A stretch of DNA of 64,000 bases, taken from positions 17,908,213 to 17,972,212 of the forward strand of contig OZ234493.1 of assembly GCA_965153455.1 (NCBI GenBank). The letters run 5' to 3'. The number at the start of each line of letters is the position of its first letter. Position 1 is the stretch's first letter. The notes under the pieces were generated by a model. The model ran no database searches. It was not told where the DNA came from and was given only the letters and a program-made list of their open reading frames with translations. Made by a program: the position numbers and the translations under genes. Below are positions 21,317 through 31,900 of the stretch, piece after piece. This DNA is from Sphagnum compactum. Lineage: Eukaryota.

Positions 21317-23668
21317 ATGGGTCCTTTTGTAGTTCCAGGTTTGCTTGTGGTGGTCGTTGCTGGTTCAGCTTTCAAGTTAATAGCTAGGAAGGGGACAGGG
21401 GAGAAGCTCGAGGAGTTCAAGTCTGAGGCACAAGAGTCCCAGTCAAAATCCAAGGACAAGTCTCAGTCTCAGTCTGAATCCAAGCACAAGTCTCATTCTA
21501 AGTTCAAGTTCAATCACAAGCTCAAGTCCTCCAAGGATGCTGATGAAGAAGACTGGGAGTGCAAGCTCAAGTCCAAGGCTGTTGATGAAGAAGACTGGGA
21601 ATGGCCGATCTTCGATGAATGGTTTTCTTACGAGACTCACAGCACACAGCGCAAGCGCAGAATTGCACAAGTTGACGAGGATCTGAACCCGGAGAATCCT
21701 TTTGAAGTCGTCTATGTGAAGCAAGAAGAGGATTGGCCTGCTGAGATGTCGGTGACTCTCTTTTCCACCCACCTTGTTGATATCTTGAGCAAATGCTTGC
21801 TCCAGGCGAGGGGCCTGCACCTTGCTGAACAAAAGGAGGGCAAATTCTGCGCACCCCAGGATTTCAGGGAATTTCAGAGGCTGGCAGACCAAACCAACCC
21901 AAGGATTTCAGGGAATCAGCTTTTCTTAGCAATGAACACCATCCGTAACTACAAGGTAGAGGAGGAATCCGAGAGTGCTGCAGCTGCAGCTGCTGTGGTT
22001 GCCACTGCGAAGCTCCATTTCCGCCATTTTTTGCGTTTTCTGGAGAAGGAGTTCAAAGATACTCAAAAGCAGTACGCTCGCATGAAGCAGGAAGGAACTA
22101 CTTCGTGGCTGATGTTGTGGACATTTCTACCGCCGGGTGAGAAAGTGTGCTATCATTGCCAAATCTCCGGGGAACTATGTTATGGCATTGTTCATGGGTG
22201 CGATTACAACAGAGATCAGAGGGTCCTGAAGGTGGTGCTCGAAGTAATGGACTACAATGGTCAGAGCTACCGTGCTTGCACTGTGAGCTCTCGAATCCCA
22301 GAATTTGAAGATGAGCTTTCCTTCAATTCTCTGAATGTGTGTCCCATGAGCTTCGTCAAGCAACGCAAGCAAATGGAGGATGCGTTTCTTGCCAACGGTA
22401 AGCGCTTCTTTGAATTGTCTGTAAAGCAAAACAATTGTTTCATGCGTTTTGAAGGCCCTCTTTTGCGTTACGAGATGTTGCCTGAAACTGGATTCATGCA
22501 ATTGATCAAGCACAAGGCCGATGGAAGAGTCATGATCGACCTTTGGAGCTTCGTCAAGATGAATCCCGGTTATCAAATGGGAAATGCAAGTCCACCAAAT
22601 TCTCGTTATCGTAAGTCTGGCTTGCAGACTAACAACTATAACTGCAAGCTCCCAGACGATGAAAGCTTGCGTCTTGCGCCTGCAATTGTCTATGGCTTTT
22701 CTTTCAGCCTCAAGAAATGGGGTTGTTTCCCAATCAATGGATTTAGCGAAATCTCGTTTGATGATCATGCTTTTGATCGTCATCTCGTGATAAGCAATGA
22801 GGTTCAAAAAAAAATGATGCTTGGCCTCGTCTCACAGCATCTCCATGACCCATCTCAACCTAAAGATGAGAGAAACAACAATGTCGCTAACGTTATCCCA
22901 GCAATTGATCCCATTTCCAATAAGGGCGAAGGTTGCATCTTCTTGTGCTATGGGCCTCCAGGAACTGGTAAGACTCTCACTGCTGAGTCTGTTGCCGAGA
23001 AGCTGCATCGCCCGCTCTGGTCTATCAGTGCTTCGGAGTTGACCCTCAAGGTTGAGAAAATGGAAGAAAATTTCACAAAGATCTTGGACATCGCATCCTC
23101 TTGGCGTGCGGTCCTCTTGTTGGATGAAGCAGATGTCTACTTGGAGAAGCGCACTTCCACCGGTAATCCCAAACGCAATGCCATGACTGGCGTCTTCCTC
23201 CGTCTTCTAGAGTACTACAAAGGCGTCCTCTTCCTCACCACAAACCGCGTCACCACTTTTGACGATGCCTTCTGCTCAAGAATCTCCATGTTCGTCCGCT
23301 ACCATCGCCTAACACGCTTCAACAGGGCCAAGGTATGGGAGACCTTACTATCCCGTGTTGGTCTCATGGACATCAACTTGGACATGTTTGCAGCTCATGA
23401 GCTGAACGGCCGCGAGATTCGCAACTCCATCCGGATTGCTCACACATGGGCCACCAATTGCAAGGAGTCACTAACCACTAAGCATGTACTCGAGGTGGTG
23501 AAGATGTTGGAAGACTTTCGCAGCGATCTGCAAGATGCTGTACTAGATGAATCACAGAACGATCATCTGTTCTCCTCTGCCTTGGCCACACTACAGCAAC
23601 AACACCAACCTACACTTCTTAGCAGCGACAATACTACCTCAAATGGGGCCATGAGCTCCAAACCCTAA
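21317..23668 (+). CDS. Membrane-anchored AAA+ ATPase, paralog 2 (783 aa from the ATG at 21317, intronless)
   Basis: The ATG at 21317 (MGPFVVPGLLVVVVAGSAFK) aligns with MGP/MDP starts of the paralogs; the ORF-track start at 21230 is a non-ATG codon. Walker A at 22952-22975, Walker B VLLLDEAD, LTTNR, SRI. Confidence 0.9.
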   Translation: MGPFVVPGLLVVVVAGSAFKLIARKGTGEKLEEFKSEAQESQSKSKDKSQSQSESKHKSHSKFKFNHKLKSSKDADEEDWECKLKSKAVDEEDWEWPIFDEWFSYETHSTQRKRRIAQVDEDLNPENPFEVVYVKQEEDWPAEMSVTLFSTHLVDILSKCLLQARGLHLAEQKEGKFCAPQDFREFQRLADQTNPRISGNQLFLAMNTIRNYKVEEESESAAAAAAVVATAKLHFRHFLRFLEKEFKDTQKQYARMKQEGTTSWLMLWTFLPPGEKVCYHCQISGELCYGIVHGCDYNRDQRVLKVVLEVMDYNGQSYRACTVSSRIPEFEDELSFNSLNVCPMSFVKQRKQMEDAFLANGKRFFELSVKQNNCFMRFEGPLLRYEMLPETGFMQLIKHKADGRVMIDLWSFVKMNPGYQMGNASPPNSRYRKSGLQTNNYNCKLPDDESLRLAPAIVYGFSFSLKKWGCFPINGFSEISFDDHAFDRHLVISNEVQKKMMLGLVSQHLHDPSQPKDERNNNVANVIPAIDPISNKGEGCIFLCYGPPGTGKTLTAESVAEKLHRPLWSISASELTLKVEKMEENFTKILDIASSWRAVLLLDEADVYLEKRTSTGNPKRNAMTGVFLRLLEYYKGVLFLTTNRVTTFDDAFCSRISMFVRYHRLTRFNRAKVWETLLSRVGLMDINLDMFAAHELNGREIRNSIRIAHTWATNCKESLTTKHVLEVVKMLEDFRSDLQDAVLDESQNDHLFSSALATLQQQHQPTLLSSDNTTSNGAMSSKP

Positions 23669-24623
23669 ATTTTGTAACCCTAAAAGGAAGGTAATATAAC
23701 TAGACCAAACGTTTACCCAACTCAAGTTCATAAGTTTTAAATACACTTATTCTTGGATTAGTGGCTCATTAGAACACACTAAGTAGTAATACACAAGAAT
23801 AAGTTATATCTCAACCAGACCTTAGAGTGGTCTACCTCAAGTAAAAAGCGTCTAATGGTGTGGGGTTCCCAAATTTCATGAGCACCTTCATGGTCATGCT
23901 CACAGCAATACTTCTCAGTATTGAAGTACTCAATATTGCTCTTTGGATTTGCTAAAATAGGCATCCAAGCGTGTCTCTTTCCATTTCAAGTTGAAAGTGC
24001 ATAGATTGGAACTTTTGAAACATGAGGTGGTAATGCTCGAATTGTCTCCTTGTTGCACTGAGATCATCAAGAACTAGGGTTTTAAGATCCATGAAGACAG
24101 ATCATAGCTAAATTTTGCTCTGAACAGCCTCAAACACCAAGCTGCCCATTCCCAACCAATTCAACTTGATACCCATAATGCCAAACAATCTGAACCTAAT
24201 TAAGAGTTTGATTAACTTTGTTATCTTCTGCAACCAAAACACCATCGCACAAATGTTTTCCTTTGCTATGTTTACCTGGTTGTCTCGGGGTGTAGTTTTA
24301 TCCGATGAAACTCTAGGAGAAGTGGTACAACAATTGTCAATGTGGTTCCTTCACCAAGTTCATTTCCAATGGTAGTGTCCTGCCCTAACAAACCCTTGCA
24401 TTTTGTCAACTCTAACCCTCTTCCACATGCATCCCTTTCTTCTTGGTCGTGGATCTTGTGATGCCAATGTTCAACAAGGGGTGTGTCACACTGTGACCTT
24501 GCCATTTACATTAAAACGTATCTTAAGGAAGAAAGTACAATTATGGAAACTCAAATATTTCACCATGCAAAAATATAATCTTCAAAAAATCCTCTAAAAA
24601 AAACCCAAGTCCTGAAACATATT

Positions 24624-25015
24624 AGAGTTATCCGTAAAGTAACTCTGTCTTCACCCTGTCTTTCGGCCTCTTTTCACCCCCTATCCCCTCTTTCGGTGGT
24701 ATCTGCAAAGTAAGGACATTTTATTAAATCTCAGGATCAAATGCTGCAACTCAACATTTAATGCACAAGGTTCGAGACTAATCATAGTAGCTATACAAGT
24801 AAGAGCAGTGAAAATATATGTAGCAGCAGTGGAGGCGCTCAGGAAAAAGGAAAGACAGGATGAAACTCGGTTTACCACCAAAATTGATGGTTTTCTGAGT
24901 TTCATCCCCCCTTAAATGCTAACGTACTTTTTTGCAGGGTTTTTTTAATCTCACCCTGTGTATGACCAAACTCAGGGTTCCGGTGCTGTGTTTGTCTTAC
25001 TTTACGGACAACTCT
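24624..25015. mobile_element. MITE, 392 bp, with 19-bp TIR and 3-bp TSD
   Basis: agagttatccgtaaagtaa ... ttactttacggacaactct (1 mismatch), ATT at 24621-24623 and 25016-25018. Confidence 0.8.
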
Positions 25016-25604
25016 ATTATAACTCTATAACTAAGCTCAAGTTTCAACACAAGCCAAAATATCATCTTTCAAAAATTCTCATATAAAAATAGACCTATTA
25101 CCTAGGGGCCAAAATCCATTAAGCTACTATACTCTATAATGAATCTGAACTCAATATCCTTTTTAAGTGAATGTTAGCTTAACATAAAATGTTCATGGTA
25201 AGTAGACATAAGTCCTAAATGACTAGCATGGTGTGGGACTCAACACTAGAGTCCCCAACATCAAGTGTGAATGCACTTTAAGTATCACATACTATATATG
25301 AACCTACATGGGAGTCCTCCATCTCTATAGACATGCACAAAATAGGCCAAAAAAAATCACATGCCCACATAAATGACCAAAAATAAACTAAACTCCAAAA
25401 TTTGAAATTGGTAGACCTTAATATACAATTATGATGTATATAAGAATGATGAATTAGACATAATAGATGTTAATGCCAAGGGGTGGGCATGGTTTGGCCG
25501 CTTCTAATTCCTAGCTTGCAAGTAGTTTCACCTTATCAAGCTCAGCCACAACTTGCTAAGAGCTAGAATTAGCCCAATCATGTTTGCTCCTTACAATGTA
25601 ACGA

Positions 25605-25962
25605 AAAATGTTAAATCGGCCTAAGATCGTAAATGCAGTTAGAACAAAAGTAGTGGTATGATTTTTTCCCCCAGTCTGCCCTTCGCCCCATTCATATTTT
25701 TGAAAAAAAATTAGGTGATACCCAAGCACATTTTTCATTCATAATCTTTCATTGTTATGAATGTTCCAAAAGGCACATAACATGCCCAACGACATGTTAC
25801 ATACCCATAATACCCATATCATGTTCAAAGCATACATAACATGGACTCAAAATGTGTTTAGGTATCACAAGGTAAAAAAAACAGGGCAAAGGGCAGACTG
25901 AGCAAAAAAATTAAGTAATTTTTGTATTGTATGCATTTACAATCATAGGCCAATTTGACATC
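25605..25962. mobile_element. Fold-back MITE-like element with long imperfect inverted arms
   Basis: Nested inverted matches: atgttaaatcggcctaagatcgtaaatgca vs tgcatttacaatcataggccaatttgacat; cagtctgcccttcgccc vs gggcaaagggcagactg; gtgatacccaagcacatttt vs aaaatgtgtttaggtatcac. Confidence 0.7.
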
Positions 25963-28900
25963 TTCTTTACCTAACCCGCACCCGCCCTCCCCCAAATTGA
26001 AGTATGTGAGTGCAATATGGCAATTTCTAAATGGTTTTGTGACCTATGCAGTTCATGTTCTACATGATGAACACACACATGTTAAATTGATTGTGCATGT
26101 TATATTCCTAGACTTCAAACAATTAGATAAATGGCTAGGAGACTATCATTAACTTAGTTTCAACTAATTGGACTAAAATGTGTTAATTTTATTTTGACCT
26201 TTTTTTCCATCAACGTTGAACCAAAATCTTGTGTCAAAACCATGTAGCGTGTTGCAATAACATTTGCAAATTTTGATGGGTGCATTTTAACATTATACCT
26301 TAAGAGACATGGTTGAAAACACAATCTTCCAAGAAGGGGTGTCATGAGCACAAAAATTGGCTCAACCAATTTTTTTCCAAAATCTATAAAAACTAAGACA
26401 AACTAGAACAAGAACAAGTCTTAACCCAAGTCTAACCATGAATCACATTAATAATAAAGCAAGGTTACAAACTACGTAAAAAGACACTCATACAAAGTTA
26501 TATTCAAACCATGGAAAAATTGGAACATAAAATAAAAAACAAGGCTATAAGGTCATACCTCATACTATTGTTGAACATATCAAATGTAATGAGGGTTGGA
26601 ATTAAATATATTTACACCCATTTGAGGACTTGGTTCAAAGAAATTTTGATGCAATTTTCATATGGCTCACCATCCAAGGTACCAACTTGAGGAACATTTT
26701 AAATCATAATGAAAAGAGGACAATGATGAATGAAATTCATCCATGAGTTATGTTAGCAACGATGATGAATGAACTTCAATTGACCATTAAATGTCATTTG
26801 TGCTTATAGGTTGATGATAAAGTACAAATTGTTGGTTTTGTTTTAAAGGTTAAATTTGAATGATTCCATGTGTAGTTCTAGGTTCACTAAAGCCTAAAAT
26901 CTAGTTCTGGATTTGATTCTTCAAAAAATAAAATCTTAATTCTAATTCTAGTCCAATTTAAAAATCAGACACAATTCCAAAAAATTGAATATTTAGTTCC
27001 TAAGTTGAATTTGTTGGTGCTAAGTGAAAGGAAGTTGTAAATATTAATTGGATTATCAACTATTAAATATAATTAACAAGTTAAATAAGTAAGTATTATT
27101 TTTTAGTATAATTATTCAATAGACATATTAAAACTAACAATAGAAAACAAATTCCCCCGAATGAAAGCAAACTAAATTATGAAATAGTTATAAAATTATC
27201 AAGTGTACATAATGAAATTACATACTAGGAACTACATTAATATTCGAATGAAAATATCAATTAAAAATTTCAATGCAAAATGCCTCTCACTTGCATTAAA
27301 TTAATAAGTAGGAACAAATAATAATGTAATTTAAAGATGGAAAATTAGATAAAATTCATTCTATGCTAAGTGAGGTTTAAGTGATTCAAATAATAATAAT
27401 AATAATTGAAATTTTAAATGAAAGGGCCAAAAAAAAAAATTTACAAAACATTTCAAAGCTCAAGATGCAAGCCAGATAAGGACCTATAGAGCACCGATTG
27501 GTTGCTTCCACAACCCTAAAATTTTGACCCCATATCTTGTTTCTTTGGATATCATCCTTCACTTTAAACTTTTGGAAGAATCTCATCTCACATACCTCCA
27601 TCCTCCATTCCTAAATGTAAGCCTTCACAAATAATATCCTTGGTACATTTAAAATGATTACTCCCAAGTCCTTGATAGTGGACTTCCAGATTTCATGAAT
27701 CTCCTTTTCAAATTGCAAAGATTTAGTTTATTATTAGTTTTTAATTATCCCACACTAACAAGCTCAATGAACATTCGATAGTTTAATCATACTTGAAACC
27801 AAAATGTTACCATGTGCAACCATTTGTCAAAGGTGGCATTTGAGAATCTAAACATGGGGAACTTCTACACCTCCTAAAGAACTATAGAATAGAGTTACTT
27901 GATCTTTTGCTCATTGTTCATGCATGTTACAATTAGCATTTGGAGCTTCTAAATGAACATTTTCAGCTTTAAGTTCATGTTCTAATGTAAATGGATTTGA
28001 AGCATGAACCTAGAGCCAAATGTTGGGTCACAAATAGGAAGGGGCTTCTAGAAGTTTGAATATTGTTCCTTCTACAAATTGTTTAACAACCTTCACCATC
28101 AAACTCTTGCATGGTTGAAATTAACCTCATCATAGCAAGGTTCAACACTTCCTCATAGTATAACTTGACTACAACATTTATGGTTGTGGATAATTCACAT
28201 TGCAACATGCATTTCTATTAATTTCCATTAAAGTTAAAAAAATTCAATCAAATTAGTTGATATTACAAATTTCACAAGAATACCCATTGATTCCCAAAAA
28301 CTATTTGGATTTTTGTTTTCGCCATATACATGTAATAAAAAATGCCTCATGAATCAAATTGTACCACATCTTCCTTATCTTAATCTCACATGTTTTATAC
28401 TACTCTTCAAAAATGGCAATCTTGAATTACTTCGAGCATATCTTGCTTGTGCTCTAAATGCAAATGAAATCATGTATCAAGCTAGGCTTGACATTATCCA
28501 ATTCGATAGACCTACAACATGATTGTCAAAACTTCATGAGTTTAAAAAACAAGAACTTGATTTCAACCAATGATAAAACATGAAAAACAAAGTCTTAGTT
28601 GTTGATGTCTATCATTGCCATGATGAGCTTTACAATTCCTACTATGAAATCCAATATTATTGAATCCATCGTGACATGCTAAGATTCTTTCACTAGGTGC
28701 ACCCTAGCAATGTATGGTCACCATGCCTATAGCTTGTGATTATCATCCCACATAAAAAACATCTTCTTATATAACTAGGCCATGTTTGCATCCTAGTAGA
28801 ACTCCTTTGAACTCATTGTTCTTCCTCTTCCACATTTTGCTCAAGAACTATGGTATTCTTCAATTATCTCCTCTACACCTTATAGTTTGTTGGGGAGATG

Positions 28901-31900
28901 TAAAATATCTTGTTTTTCTTTTCAATATCCCACGTGGAATGTTTGTTTCATCTTTAAGATGTTTACTTTAAAGCATAGGACACACAATTGACATGGGTAT
29001 CACCCTATATAATGGAATAACTATTTTAAAGCCTTATGCTTGGGGACCATTTGAATTTATCCAAGAGCTTGTTGGTTTTAACTTTATGTTAAACTTGCAT
29101 AACTTCAATAGTCTTGTCATAGGAAAAAAGATCCTCCATGTTTTCTATCATTGGAAGCAATCATTTTAACATGTATCAATATTATAAAAACAAGTTTGAC
29201 CCTAAACAAGTCTCACCATGTCAATTTAGATTAATCAATTTGGACCTTCCATTGTGATAGGGCTGGTTTTTTTGTTGCCCACACAACATGCAACAAAGGT
29301 CTACAACAAACATTACTAGAGATGCATCAATTTGGCAATCCACATTGGGAAAATGACATGGTGCACAATTACACATGTTTGACCATCCTAGTCCTCCAAC
29401 AACAACATTCCAAAAATTAGAACTCCCACACACATAAAATAACATGCCTTGGAATCATATATAATATAATCAAAGATGTTTCTTGTAAGTACACATAATC
29501 TCACAACTTGAATCTACAAATTTGAAGTTAATAACCACCTCTTTTAGTAGTGGAATAATATAAAGTATTCCAATGTTAAACAATCGTTTGATTCTCCATA
29601 AACATCGACATTACACATTGAAACAAAACTATTTGCTATTCACATGCCTGAAAGCACATGTTTGGATCATCCAAATTAATTATTGCAACGTTAAGTTAAG
29701 GTTAATAATTCCGGGTCCATGACCAAACAATATAAAATATGGTGAAAATGATGGAAGAGAAAATTTTTTATTGAATTTCTATCCCATTGCTAACAATAGT
29801 AACTATGAGTCCCAATTTTTTAGTATGGCCCATTTGGAGCCCATATGTTCACAAACCTCACTTCATTATTTACACCATTCATTTAGCTAACTTGTTTGCC
29901 TTGGATGGTTTTGTGAAGTTGTGTGATGATTAATTAGTGTTTTCTCATATGAAGCTTGGAACTCCCCACAAAATTTCATATTTCGTGAGTACCAATTGGC
30001 GCTCCAAACCTATAAATACCTTACCTAGAAATGCATATGTAGCACCTTCATTGTTATGGTCATGTAGGTTTAGATTAGATCGATGGATGTTTGACAAGAA
30101 CGTTGGTGATGGGTTAACCGTTGGTGGAGAATAAATTGATGCCCACAAGTGGCACAAAAGTCTTTAGGTGGAGGTTGTAAGCATGTTGGGAGGGTGGGCG
30201 TAGGTTGGGGGGTCTAATCATGGGCAATTATAAGGGTTAACAGAATGGAAAGGGAAAAGGTCCTAAATGTGCATTATTTACGGGGATTGAGAAAGTGTTG
30301 TGTTGGGGCTCCATATTTACACAAAAGGCTGGGGGGTTGGTAAGGGGAACTAGTGGGTGGTGGGTGGTTTGTTAAAATGATATGGGGGGGTTGGTGGGTG
30401 GTGGGTGATTTGCATAGGAAAGGTAATGGAAAGTGAGGTTGTGATGGTGTGTGAAAAAACAATGGGCAATGTGAATTACGAGGTTCAATGAGACATGATA
30501 AACTAGGAGACATGGGACGTTTTGTGCCCATGAGGAAAGAAGTTTATTATCAACACAATTGCATAAAAGCCGAACTTTCTAAAAATTGTTTATTTCAACT
30601 TGGCAATCCTAAACCTATAGAGCCAACCACACAAAATTAAGCAGATCAAAAGGAAAAATAAAAAAAACCATCACAAACAAGCAAGTTCTATTTCAAAGGA
30701 TAGTTGAACCTTAACTTTGCCATAATTTTGGACACCATCATTTTTACTTTATTATGTTTAACACAACTTATACACTTTTGAAAACGATTGTGCAAAGATT
30801 AGGGATTCAAAAACTTCTAATTTTTCATTCTTTGGACTACCAAATTAAAGTAACACTTAGCTTCAATAATAGAAAAACACCCTTGACTCAATCTTTCGCT
30901 CAAAAGAAAACCCTAAAAAACATATGATTGGTCAATAACTAGCCATTATGTATTCACATGTTCACACCTACAACACATTCTTTGATTTTTATTTCTTTTT
31001 ATTTCTTTGCTATTTCTTTAAAACTATGACAAAAATTAAGAAAAACCAAGCCCGTGACAAATCATTCACTTTGTGGTAAAAACCTTTTATTGTGCTTAAT
31101 TTGTAGGTAATAGCTAGATTCTTGGTGAAAATTTTTTTTGGGGCTTGATAGAAACATAAAGGGAAAAAAAAGAACCTACCACAAAACAAAACTCAAAGAA
31201 AAACATAAATTACATAAACCCCACCCTCCCTTGGCCTTTTCACCTTTGTTGTTTGGTTGCTTGTTGATGTTGTTGTCATCATCATCCTCCTTCTTTGTCT
31301 CCAAAAGTGGCTGTTCTCAAATGTCCTGCCATGCCTTCAAAATCTTAAAACTAAACTTACAACCAATCTTCAAACCACAACTACACTTACTACTAGTCCG
31401 CTTTTGACAAAAATTAAAATCAAACATGAATCCTAAAACCCCTCTTTCCTTTTCCTTTATTGCCCCACTACAAATTATTTTTCTTTATCTTTCTTTGCCT
31501 GACTTTCTCTCCGCTCTTTTCACATGGCGCTAACTACTGGGCACAGAGAAAAAACGACAATACTAATAGCCAAGCTGTTACCAGCAATACCATCGCCACT
31601 CAGGCTCCAAAGACCTATGAGCAGCAAAACCTGGCAGCCATTACCTTTAAGATCTCAACTGCAAATCCCCACCTAATTCCATTGGTAAACTTTATGTAAT
31701 CCCCTAAGTCGTCCTTAAATATCTTATAACATAAAATAAGTCCCTCAATAGATATGTAGACATGGGCAAAACACAGAAAACAGAAAAAAACTCAAATCAT
31801 CTTGAGTTGAGGAAAAAAATTGAGTTTTCTGCTGGCTTATTTTCCTTGAGCTGAGTCTGCTCTTGCATTTTGATCGAGGTCCACAGTTTTAAGGAAACCC

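Noticed and set aside
27400-29900. Probable decayed transposon coding sequence (also 23780-24550 and 17280-17650)
   Set aside because: Looks like eroded coding DNA, but I could not read any diagnostic motif to name a family
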